A stretch of DNA of 63,860 bases, counting the filler. It is 17 parts of 17 records of this genome, joined end to end, with 100 filler letters (N's around TTAATTAATTAA, not from the genome) between each part and the next. Parts side by side here need not be neighbours in the genome. Positions count along the whole stretch, not along the records: positions 1 to 3,834 come from SRR7504441_108212; positions 3,935 to 7,782 come from SRR7504441_108341; positions 7,883 to 11,127 come from SRR7504441_108351; 14 more parts are not named here. One strand, written 5' to 3'. Within the stretch, counting starts at the first letter, position 1. Every line of letters starts with the position of its first letter. The notes below the pieces were generated by a model. It was given only the letters and a program-made list of their open reading frames with translations, searched no databases and was not told where the DNA came from. Shown in pieces: positions 1-11,227 of this stretch. A program made the position numbers and the translations under genes.

Positions 1-579
1 GGCCTGTCCCTCACGCTCCTTGGCTACATCCGGCGGGCTGCTCGCCAGGCTTTGCCTCGACTGGTTCGACTCTCTCCACATCGCCGAGCCTCTTTGGCCT
101 GCCGCGACAGACACCTTCTGCGCATGGTGCGACCCAGGCGGCGGCAGCTCCGGCTCATCAGGCGGCGGGAGGACCGGGGCTATTTGGACCAGCCCGCGCT
201 GTAGCGCCAGCTCCCATTCGGCCTGATCCACAACGCCGTTCCGGTCCAGATCCATCCGGTCGAACGTGCTGGCCCCCATCCCGAGCCAGCGCGGGCCGTA
301 GTACTCGAGGGCGTCACGCCCAAGCCACCGGTCCTTCTCCCGGTCGAGCCCGATGCTGCCCAGCTTGGCTTGAGTGAGGATACCCCGAGCGGTCTGGGCT
401 GCGCTCAGTCCAGGAGGCGTGTGCGGGTCCGGGGGGCTGCGGGCGGGCGGGGAGAGCTCCCACTCGATGCTGGCCAGCTGGCCGTAGTGCTGGGCGTATT
501 CGTCCCAGCTGTAGGCCCGCCCGTCCAGCGCCACCCGGCGGCCGGCCTTGCCCGGAGATCGGCCGCAGTCATCGGCCAT
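1..579 (-). CDS. EF-hand-containing protein (3' partial)
   Basis: Open frame from ATG at 579 to the window edge (absent from the ORF track because it has no stop). Contains EF-hand loop FDRMDLDRNGVVDQAEWE and an N-terminal RRVALDGRAYSWDEYAQHYG...EWE motif. Confidence 0.65.
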   Translation of the reverse strand, partial: MADDCGRSPGKAGRRVALDGRAYSWDEYAQHYGQLASIEWELSPPARSPPDPHTPPGLSAAQTARGILTQAKLGSIGLDREKDRWLGRDALEYYGPRWLGMGASTFDRMDLDRNGVVDQAEWELALQRGLVQIAPVLPPPDEPELPPPGSHHAQKVSVAAGQRGSAMWRESNQSRQSLASSPPDVAKEREGQA

Positions 580-658
580 ATGCCTACGCCACCCCGCAAG
601 AAGGCCGTTAGTTTCAGTTCAACAACGGCCGCGGCGCAGCCTCCAGCGCGGGAAAAGG

Positions 659-1495
659 ATGTTTGGTGAGGAAGGCGAGCTTCCGGCGGTCGAGGAGTGC
701 GAGGAGCAGGCCGCCGAGCTGCGGCTGGCTGGGGCCGAGCAACGGTGCCAGCTCCTCGGCCCTGCACCCCACTAGGCCGGCAGGGAGCGGCTGACTCAGC
801 TCAAGCTGCGGGAACTCCAATTTCAGCACGCCAAGGCGCCGCCCGGCCGTAGTCCAGCAGACTGAGTACCGGGATGCAGGAAGTGCGCGATCTGGTGGCC
901 AAGGTGGACGCCCGCGAGGCCCAGCTGCGCAGATGCCTGGCGCTGTTCAGCGAAGCGAACGATAAGGTGGGCACTCTGCAGGGGCGCGTGCAAGAGCTGA
1001 GCGGTTGCGAGGCCAGCGAGCTGCAGCTCCAGGTGCGTGGCTCCGGCTATGCTCCGGCTGAGCGCAGCGCAGGAGGAGTTGGCCCGTGTGCTGTCTGAGA
1101 ACGTGCAGCTTCAGTCAGCCAACGAGGCCAATTCTGGCATGTTCGGGGAAAGTCTGCAGGACAGCACAATGCAAATGCAAGCCGAGCTGAGCACCCGAGT
1201 TGTGGCGCAGCAGGAGACGATAGCCGGGCTGCAGCGGCGTAGCGCTGATTTGAGCATGGCGCACACAGAGCTTGAGGCTGAGCTCGGTAAGCAACTGAAA
1301 GGCAAGGAAGTGGTGCGCGAGGCGTTGCTCGAGATCGCCGGCGAGCTGGCTCAGCTGGAGGGCGCCCAGCCGTTGTCGGATAAGCTTTTGTCGGTTGTGG
1401 ACCACCATCTGACGGGCAGCTACTTTAGATCTAGCTCAGTACCTTCGATCGCTTCGCTCGCGAGCAGCCATTCACAATCGCCGGAAGCGCCATAA
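659..1495 (+). CDS. Coiled-coil hypothetical protein, 4 exons
   Basis: Introns 745-783 (GT-AG), 836-879 (GC-AG) and 1033-1072 (GT-AG) join the ORF pieces MFGEEGEL.../EVRDLVAK.../EELARVLS... into one E/Q/L-rich helical frame. Confidence 0.6.
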
Positions 1496-1727
1496 GCTCT
1501 CATTAATTACTGCTCGCGAGCAGTGTAATAAAGCCACGAAGTTCTGATTTGATCTCTGCTTTCTACTAGGAGCAAGACGTCGTCGGGATGCGGTCCGATT
1601 TTTGACGCTAAGCTCGTAAGCTGTTTCCTCGAGCCTAGCCGTTGGGTCGGTTGGGATCACTTCCACACGGGGGACAGAGGGCCGGATCAGTCGGGGGGCG
1701 GCGCGACACTACAAGGAGTGCAAGAGG

Positions 1728-2271
1728 ATGACCTTTGAGACCGACCTGTGCTGCGAGGGCGGCCAGTACGCAGCCCTGTTTGGCTGGGGCCCGGGCAAGG
1801 AGAGCGACAAGACCCTTGAGCTGTACGAGATCACGCCAGGCACCGCCCCCGCGGATCGGAACACCCGTATGTACTCGTTTGACGTAGTAGGCGATGCTGA
1901 GGAGATCAAGGGTTGCCTGACTAAGATGTGCCAGGCAGCATCCGCCCGGCTTGTGCGTCCAGTGAGCTCCGTGCACAGGCGCTGATGAATGAGACCACGC
2001 GGCTTGAGGCCGACGGAGAGGCGATGGAGGCCCAACCGATGGAGAGCGCACACGGCGGGTACAAGGACTTTGACGTGATTGTGCGGTCTGTCCCACTGAA
2101 CGGCTCGCCAAAATCCCAGATGGGGTCTTCTAGGATCTGCCTGCAGGCCAGCCAGCTCGCAGTGCTCCGGTGCCGGCTGTTGAGCCCCGGGCCGTGAAGG
2201 GGGGCAGGCTGCAGCCGGACCGGTGGGAGCTGTGGAGCGTTAAGGAGCCAGAGGCTACCATTAGCTTCTGA
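1728..2271 (+). CDS. Hypothetical protein, 4 exons
   Basis: Introns 1935-1978 (GC-AG), about 2080-2118 and 2170-2207 give a continuous frame ending at TGA 2269-2271, followed by an AT-rich spacer. Confidence 0.5.
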
Positions 2272-2520
2272 TTGGGACAGAGGATGGCCCGCGGGAGGAG
2301 ATTAGCGCGCTACCTAGACTTATGGTACGAGTGTAGCTATGAGCTGCAATATCGATACACAGCTCTACATGTAAAATAATCTGTGTCGATAACATGATTG
2401 TACCGAGGTAGCCGAGCATTACCGGTTTAGTGACTTAATGTTGAGTCATTTTAATTAAAGTCATTCATGATTGTAATGCATCAATCCGATGTGCACAAGC
2501 CTCGAACCCGCCAGGTCATT

Positions 2521-2563
2521 ACCAGCCGCTCTCGCGGGTCATAACCAGCCGCTCTCGCGGGTC
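2521..2563. repeat. Short tandem duplication (ACCAGCCGCTCTCGCGGGTC x2) spanning a stop codon
   Basis: Two copies of the 20-mer separated by a few nucleotides at the 3' end of the minus-strand gene. Confidence 0.8.
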
Positions 2564-3395
2564 TCCGGCGAGCTCTCGTGACTAAACTGGGGGCTCTCGG
2601 GTCTATAGGCCGGGTCCTCCGCCATGGCAAGGTGTGCGGCGTCGTCCAGCCTCCCCCTTTTGAGAGAGTCCACTCGCTGTTTGAGTCGGACCAGCGAGGG
2701 CGATAATTCAAACTTACCGCTGGGCTGCCGGTACTCGGGGCTGCTGCTCATCATCTGGCAGGCCTGGTGCTGCTGAGAGTACTGCATCTCTAACTGTAGG
2801 TTCTCCTCCTGCGACCAAACTCGCTGCAGCCCAGCTGCGGCCCAGCTGCGGCGCACCTGCAGCCTCTGGATAGCCAGCAGCATCTCCTGCATCTGAGACG
2901 AGCTCTCCGCCCACTGCATGTTGAGCCGCTGGACCTCATCCTCCCTCTGCCCCGGCCTTCAGCCAGCCCCGCCAAGCCACACCTGCCGCAGCTCCTGCTC
3001 CAGCGATCCTATCGAGGCCTCATACTGCATCCGCCGCCGCTCGGCATCCCGCCTGGCCGCCAGTCCAGCCAGCCTAGCACGGCCCGGCACCTGGCGTGGT
3101 CCAGCTTACTCGCCTGCCTGCGCAGCTCGTCTGCTACCGCAGCGGCGAGGTTTACAACATGTTGCTCAAACCACACCGGCGCGTTTCGGCACAGCTGCTG
3201 CTCGGGTGAGGCGGGCGTCATCCGGTGGGACCGCTGCTCTTGGGGCGAGGAGGGCGCACTTGGCCTGTTGGTGAGCCTGCAGCGCATCCGCCAGAGCTCG
3301 GCCTTGAGCGCCTGTATCTCGGCCTGCTGCACCGCGTTCGACCGTTCCAACTCCTCGCGGTCGCACGCCTCGAGACGGTGGTAGTCGCTGGCCAT
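2539..3395 (-). CDS. Coiled-coil hypothetical protein, multi-exon
   Basis: ATG at 3395 (MASDYHRLEACDREELERSN...). Q/E-rich ORF pieces are separated by about 40-nt GT-AG segments. Exact exon borders not all resolved. Confidence 0.5.
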
Positions 3396-3506
3396 TTCTC
3401 CCAAGCCCGTCGCCGCCCCCGGGCTGGCCAGTCGCTCCACCGCGGGCACTGCTGCTACGAATTTGAAGAGTCCAGTGCCCCCTCGCTCCGTCTGACTCTC
3501 TTGATT

Positions 3507-3834
3507 ATGGCAGCCGTTGCTGCGCGTAACTGGCACTGCGATCGTGTGGCCGGAGGCGCACACCGGTGTGCATGGGCGTTCGAGGGGCGGGCATTCGCTG
3601 CAGCCTGTTGGCCCTGGCTGGCCTGGCCTACTCCAGAGTGCTGGCGTGCCAAGACTCTTCTCTAGACAACTGCACCCAGCTGCTAGCCGAGGCCATAGAG
3701 TGCGGCTGTGCGGACGACTCCGGCTGCGATTGCTTCCCACCCGGCTTGTGGGGGCGTGGCACGGACAGTTTGCGTTCGCAGACAGTACGCACCATCTGCC
3801 CTGTGGCCTGCAACTCCACCTGCCCGCTGCCGGT
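3507..3834 (+). CDS. Secreted Cys-rich protein (3' partial)
   Basis: After a short intron near 3566, hydrophobic LLALAGLAYSRVLA is followed by a Cys-rich segment ending ICPVACNSTC (ShK-like spacing). Truncated at the contig end. Confidence 0.45.
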
Positions 3835-3934
3835 NNNNNNNNNNNNNNNNNNNNNNNNNNNNNNNNNNNNNNNNNNNNTTAATTAATTAANNNNNNNNNN
3901 NNNNNNNNNNNNNNNNNNNNNNNNNNNNNNNNNN
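3835..3934. other. Artificial contig-joining spacer (first of 16)
   Basis: 44 N + TTAATTAATTAA (stops in all six frames) + 44 N. Identical spacers start at 7783, 11128, 14358, 19102, 23714, 27596, 30816, 35114, 38501, 42427, 46687, 50755, 53888, 57288 and 60625. Confidence 0.98.
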
Positions 3935-4179
3935 ACCTGACGTACACGTGTGCATGATCATGATTGGTACAATCACAGATAATTTTACATATACCTCCCC
4001 ATGTTCGAATGAAATTTATTGTGCTTAATTAGTCCTAGATACAAGATCCGCGTTGCGCAGAATCGTGGACAACTCAGCGCCACCGCTACGGCTTGACGAT
4101 GTAGCTGAGATATATAGCTGCCTCTCGCTAGATCTGTGGTCGATCGAGGAATTCAATAAAGCACGCAATTCTGCAAGAT

Positions 4180-6620
4180 TCAATCACTAACCATATCCCT
4201 GTCAGTGGCGTAGAGGGTGAGCAGCGCTGGATCCTCTGGTGGATACCTAACAAATGCGCTCAGCCTGAGCCCATTATCAAGCACCTCGCAACAAATGACT
4301 CGATCATCCCCTGAGGTGTGGCTGCAAACTCCTCTAGCTCGACCGTCTCGCCTAGCCGCCGCATGTGAGGCTGCACAAGCAGCTTCCGCGGCTCTTTGCG
4401 TGCCATGACAATCTCGCGCAGCTGCAGCATCTCCGAAGGCACCTAGCAAATGTTAAAAGCGGCTGATACAGTTAGAGACCTCTGAATAGCTGCTGAACAT
4501 GCTCGTGCCAGTTTGCACATCGCCGAGCGACTTGTAGCATTGAAGTTTGAGTAGAAACGCACCAATTGCCTGCAAGGCCGCTCTCAGCCCGGATCCGCGA
4601 GTTGGCACCTGATGTCCGATGTCAGCAATTCGATCACGATCGAGCACGATCTCCACGTCTGGGCTGCCATCCGCCGCCGTCTTGTGCACGATCTGGACAA
4701 GCCCATGCCCGGCTTCGAGTAGAACACGCAGAATCACGTACCTGGCAGAGTCAAAGGATGCTCACCAGCCTGGTGACCTGGCTTGCATGTGTGCCTGCCG
4801 CCAGCTGCTGGTCTCAGGGGTGAAGAACTCGAGAGCCCGGACTCCAGAGTGCACCATGAGCAGCCAATTGACGAACATTATGTCGTGCAAGCCCTGGGCA
4901 GGCAAATCCGAGTGCCCAAACACCCGCAGCACGGCGGGCTCCAAGCAGAGGAAGATCCCAGAGCACTCGGCCCTGCATTCCTCGTAAGGTGAGGCGAGCT
5001 TGCCCCACGTGCTGTCCCACGAGCTGCCAGCAGGGTAGAATGGCCCACAGATCGGCTCGTGTGTCACTGGGTGCGGCAGCCCGGTGCACGAGGCCGCGTC
5101 CTGGCTGCCGCTGTAGATCAGCTTGCCAGATCCGTGCCCGAGCAGCTCGTGGATGCCTACCTGGACCTCAAATGCCTCCGATTTGAGCGCCTTGAACAGT
5201 GTCTGATCCGCGTCAGCAATGAAGCTGACCGGCTTGTCTCCAGCACCGTACGAAGCAGCGAGCACCTGGCCAATCACGTGAGCGAGCTCGGCCAGCGAGA
5301 GCTCACATTCCCGAGAGACACATTCTTAAAGCCAAAGCTCTGTCGGATATCGTCGTAATTGGGAATATTGATGCCTGCAGGCACTCCGGACGAGCCGAAC
5401 GCGAGAACATCGAGCGAGGTGAAGTCAGGTCGCAGGAACTTGTCCTTCTCCATGTACTCGGGCCACGGAAACAACTTGAGAAGGTCTTCAGCTGCGTCGA
5501 CAAGCGCTCCAAACTTCTTACTCACCTCGCGGTTTACACAGGCAACGAAGCCTTCCCACTCGCCCCGAACCCCGGACGGGTCGCGGTACGATTCAATAAA
5601 CCCGATGTACGACTCGACTGCCGGGCCCTTGTCTTGTATCCAGTGCCGCGATCCCTCTTTGTGATCATCGATGCTCCCGAATCGGAACGAGTCAGCGTAA
5701 CAGCAGAGCATATCTCGCTGACACTGATCAGCTGCGAACGGGATCGCTTGTTCAACAGCGTCCACCACCCTTGCCATGATTGGGGCGTAGTCTCCTCGCT
5801 CCAGCGTGAACTCACACCCCTCAAAACTGTGAGCGCCCCCGACTAACTTACCGATCGGGTCCGGCCCTCCAGAGCTCTCGGCAGAGGCAATTTTGACTGT
5901 GTAAGCCCCGGCATCGTCCTTGAACAGCCGCGTGTTGTACGGGGAGATACCGACGGCATCCAGAAACCGGCCGGCAATTGCGGCGTCGTGCTCGTCACAA
6001 TTGGCGGAAAAGTAAGTCGTGATCCCGTCGGTGCCCAGCCCAAGCTGGCGCTGCCGAGGAGCCAGCGAGTACATCCGGTCCGCACACTCGGCCCAGAGCC
6101 GGCTTACGGCGGCGGGGTCGGCGTCGCCGGCCTGGAGCAGCAGCTGGAGCCGGTCGGGATGCAAGTCTGGGATGAACTTTGTGTCGCCGAACGACTTGTA
6201 GTTGCCCAGATTTGACAGAAAGGCCGCCACGTACATCAGCCCGGCGTCCAACTCGTCCTGACTCAGCCCGGCCGACCGCGCGGCCTCGACCAGCGCGGAC
6301 ACGGGCTGGGCCGAGAAAGCAAGCTGGAAGAGCGCGAAGATGGGCGCTGCCTCCGGCGAGCACTGGAGCAGGCAGATCTTGGCCCCTTCCCAGTCAGCCC
6401 GGCCGAGCGCCTCGGCGTAACGCTTCTCCTGCGCAGTCAGCCCGGCGAACGCGGTGGCGGCTCCCAGGCAGACAACCGAGGTGGTGCCGGGCACGGTGTA
6501 CAGCGATAGGTCCGCGACCGGCGGGTCAGCCGGCGGGGCTGAGGGCGGGGCAGCCGGCGGGGAGGGGCTGGCTCGTTCCTGCCGCAGCTGCTCGCGCACG
6601 ACCCTCCGGTGACAGGGCAT
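4180..6620 (-). CDS. DPP3: Dipeptidyl peptidase III (peptidase M49), 6 exons
   Basis: Motifs HELLGHGSGK, YEECRAE, GNYKSFGDTKF, GINIPNYDDIRQ and QAHMQAR. Five introns of 36-41 nt restore the frame. Start codon uncertain. Confidence 0.95.
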
Positions 6621-6737
6621 ACTTGGAGATCATCTCTGTTGTGCCGGCTTTGCCCGGGATGTGCTCGCTCCAACGGACATTCAGCACCCAGCGCTGTGGG
6701 GCAACCAGGAGCGTCGCGGCACTGTGAGGACGCGGCG

Positions 6738-7782
<1,045 letters not shown>

Positions 7783-7882
7783 NNNNNNNNNNNNNNNNNN
7801 NNNNNNNNNNNNNNNNNNNNNNNNNNTTAATTAATTAANNNNNNNNNNNNNNNNNNNNNNNNNNNNNNNNNNNNNNNNNNNN

Positions 7883-8735
7883 CCGCCCAGCCCAGCCGCC
7901 CAGCCCAGCCGCACCTCCTTGAGTGACGTGCCGCCCAGGAAGCGTCGAATCAGCTCCTCTAGCTGGTCGACCGCTGCCGCCGGCACTCAGGCTGCCCGGC
8001 GACCGGCCCGCGCACCGGTGTTGGCGCCGAGCTCGCACGGGGGGCTGCACGAGGCCACGCCGTACTCAAACACCTAGCCAAACCCGGCTCGCGAGGCTGA
8101 GCAGCCGCGGCCGTCGCACCGCCTCGCGCGCTGCGGGCGTGCACCAGGGGTCCTGCCCAGCGAAGCCCAGGTAGTTGTATGAGCCAAGGTTGAGGCACTT
8201 GCGCGTCTGGGGGGCAGGGCGGTGGTCAGGGCCCGCCCAGCCCGCCCGGGGCACCTTGCCGGTGAGCACCATCCGCTCCTCCTTGTCGCGCACCCGGCAG
8301 AGCACGTCCACCTTGTCGCCCACCGCCCCGCGCACCTGCCCGGCCGGCTGGGCCAGTCTCGGCCAAGCCGCACCGGCCGGTTCCAGCAGTCCTCGTTCAG
8401 CCGATACATCCGGCGGACGTAGAAGTCGACCCAGCCAGAGAGCAACTTGACGTGCCGCTCGTCGCCCGACACTGGCGAGCCCTGTCGGTGCTGGCGGGGG
8501 TGGGGGCACCTTCAAAGTAGTCGCCCTGGGTAGTGGTGCTGCCGCCAGAGACCACGGCGGCAAGCACGTTGGCAGCGTCGAGCAGCAGCCCGCGGACGAG
8601 TAAGAACCCCCAGCCGATCTGAGCATGCAGCCTGATCCAGCGGGTCAGCCCTTCTTCCGCGTCCATCTCGGGCAGCTTGGACTGCTGTCCGCGGTGGCAG
8701 CTTGACTCCGAGCTTGACTCCGCGTCCTTCGCCAT
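7883..8735 (-). CDS. LCB2: Serine palmitoyltransferase subunit 2 (LCB2/SPTLC2), 3' partial
   Basis: FYVRRMYRLNEDCWNRP and CLNLGSYNYLGFA are characteristic of the LCB2 N-terminus. Several short introns. Confidence 0.88.
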
Positions 8736-9102
8736 CGCGGAGGTGGTGCGCCACACAGGAGCATATTCTGTGCGAAGATCAAAATATCAACGTGGACCCT
8801 GGCGCGCTCCGCGAGGATCCGCGTGAAGGCTACTACTGTATAGTCATATCATTTAGTGATCAATCGTCTGTAGGTCCTACTTAGGTCCGTATTAAACTAA
8901 ATAGTCAGTAAGCTTATACTGACCTGTTGAATCAGTTATCTCAATTATTGAAGATCTACGAGTAGTTTTCATTGGTCTTTGTTGACGGCGACTCGTGCAC
9001 GTGGTGATCGCCTTTTGACTGTAGCAGGTACAGAATGATCTGGAGATCCTGAGGGATCACGTACTGGTGATCGTACACGAATAATGACCTCGAATTTGTT
9101 AG

Positions 9103-11127
9103 TCACATAGCCAATGACTGCACCTCCAAATATACAGAAAGACCCTGCACCCCGCACTCAAGCCCAGCATTTACCCACACACTACCAAAAATAATGGCGT
9201 AGGTCGCAAACAAAGTGAGCGCATTGACACTGACAAATGCACTGCCTCCGAGGAATTCGAAAAATTCCGTGCGCCATTTTTGGTCAATCGGTAGCAGAGT
9301 AACCACTGCAAAGACAAAAGTGCAAATTGCCTCTATTTTTGCTAGGGTCTGGAAGAAGTGCTGCGGAGCTGCAGGTTCAAAGCCGTAGATAGCATTCACG
9401 ACACCGTGAGATGGCCAGAACGAGACTTCTTGTGAGGATGGCTGCAGTCTCAGCTTCCACTTGGACCTCAAGTGATGCCAATCTACAACAAAATGATGAG
9501 CTGTTACTGCAGCGCACCAGAGTCTGGACACAAGGTAGCCAATGATGACTGAATAAAAGCTGATTTCATGTCCATAGAGCTGCAAGAGGAGTAGTGTTGG
9601 TACAAGGTGTAGGCCAAGATCCAACCATAGAAATCCTATAAGCATCGAGTTGTGGTAAGAGCACAAGTGGTGATCGCCAGCCCAAAGTTCAAAGCCACCA
9701 AACAAGTCCTCCACGACCCATCGTGTCCAGCCAGACATTGCGAGCTCAGGAGCAACCATCCGAGCCTCGCGCTTCAACAAGTTGGCGATATACCACGCAC
9801 AGGAGATATTGAAACCAAGGCATGCACACGACGCATGGGCAAGTGGACTGTCGGTTTGCATTAAGCACGCTGTACCTATCAGCCAAACATGAGTGTAGAC
9901 GATGTGAAACCCAGCTGCTGTGAAGACCACAAGGCAGCCAAACAACGTCCACCAAATAGCAGGTTCTTGAATCCAAAACACTCCAACCGCTACCATAAGT
10001 GAGGTGAGTATCAAGACTGGAATTGCAGACACTCCCTCAGATGAAGACTTTTCTTTGCTGGGGATGGGTGAAGCTTCGGAACGAGGTTCTTCCTTGGCCG
10101 GGCTGAAATACGGAACAGATATGGCAATCATCACCTGGGCGAAGAATGCGAGGGGTATGTACTGGTGAAGGCTGTGTTGGCCTGCAGAATGCTCTGTTTG
10201 ATCAAGTGCTGTGGCCAGAACATTGTTGTTGAGCACAAACACGATCAGAGTGATTATGCTTGTAGCGTACAGGAACCAACCCAAAGCTTGAGGTAAATAG
10301 TACCTAAATCCACCGATCAATGGCTGATACAGCTGGTAGTTGTGTAAGCCACCACCCCACTGCAGCCACCCTGCTGTGTGGCATAGTGGTGCTGAGAGTA
10401 GCAGTGCCAGGAAAACATTGGTTGGATCGCGAGTAAACTCACCCATTGAACCAAAGAAGGTCCCGCTTGCCCACAGTACCAATGGTCCCACTGCTAATAT
10501 GGCCCCAAGACACCAAATCAAGGCCGGCAGCGGCCGCAGCTCTCGAATCATACCCCACAGCGACCCAGGTATCTGTTCACTGAGCTCGTGCATGGGCGTG
10601 GCTGGCTCAAACAGCGGCAGCGAGAAAGTCAAGAGCACCACCCCGAGCAGCTGGAACAGTCCGAACAGCGTGAAGACGCCCTCGGCCAGCGCGTCGTTCA
10701 GGGTTGGGAGCTGGAGCGCCGTGAGCTGGAAGTCGAGGGTGAAGCTGAGCAGCATCCAGCCCTCCGCCTGCAGCAGCACAAACCTCGCCCCGCCTCGGAA
10801 TGGCTGCCAGCAATCATATCCGGGGATTCGGAGCGCGCCCATCAGATGAATGTATAGTGATCCGGCCATCATCAGCACAAGCATGCCCTTGAGTGCCATT
10901 TCCTTGTCCTGCGCTGAAGTGGCGGCCTCACATACAATTGAACATGCCAGCGACGCCAACGACAGCGCTAGCCCGAGGCTGACGGGCGGCGACACCCCGA
11001 GCTGCTTGCTCTGGGAGCTGGGCTGCACCGGTTTGCCGTACCGCAGCGAATAGAGCAGCGTCAGGTCCGCGAAGAAGGCGATCGATCCGGCGATCACCCC
11101 GAACAGACCGACCGTGTCGAATCCGAT
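9103..11127 (-). CDS. Multi-pass membrane protein of unknown function (5' partial, no frame-breaking intron)
   Basis: 664+ aa ORF with many hydrophobic helices and two internal repeats, WQPFRGGARFVLLQAEGW and YQPLIGGFRYYLPQALGW. Confidence 0.75.
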   Translation of the reverse strand: MGFDTVGLFGVIAGSIAFFADLTLLYSLRYGKPVQPSSQSKQLGVSPPVSLGLALSLASLACSIVCEAATSAQDKEMALKGMLVLMMAGSLYIHLMGALRIPGYDCWQPFRGGARFVLLQAEGWMLLSFTLDFQLTALQLPTLNDALAEGVFTLFGLFQLLGVVLLTFSLPLFEPATPMHELSEQIPGSLWGMIRELRPLPALIWCLGAILAVGPLVLWASGTFFGSMGEFTRDPTNVFLALLLSAPLCHTAGWLQWGGGLHNYQLYQPLIGGFRYYLPQALGWFLYATSIITLIVFVLNNNVLATALDQTEHSAGQHSLHQYIPLAFFAQVMIAISVPYFSPAKEEPRSEASPIPSKEKSSSEGVSAIPVLILTSLMVAVGVFWIQEPAIWWTLFGCLVVFTAAGFHIVYTHVWLIGTACLMQTDSPLAHASCACLGFNISCAWYIANLLKREARMVAPELAMSGWTRWVVEDLFGGFELWAGDHHLCSYHNSMLIGFLWLDLGLHLVPTLLLLQLYGHEISFYSVIIGYLVSRLWCAAVTAHHFVVDWHHLRSKWKLRLQPSSQEVSFWPSHGVVNAIYGFEPAAPQHFFQTLAKIEAICTFVFAVVTLLPIDQKWRTEFFEFLGGSAFVSVNALTLFATYAIIFGSVWVNAGLECGVQGLSVYLEVQSLAM

Positions 11128-11227
11128 NNNNNNNNNNNNNNNNNNNNNNNNNNNNNNNNNNNNNNNNNNNNTTAATTAATTAANNNNNNNNNNNNNNNNN
11201 NNNNNNNNNNNNNNNNNNNNNNNNNNN

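Noticed and set aside
577-582. CATATG giving back-to-back divergent start codons with zero spacer
   Set aside because: The + frame from 580 stops at 669, while ATG 659 gives a spliceable gene, so a 79-bp promoter is more plausible.
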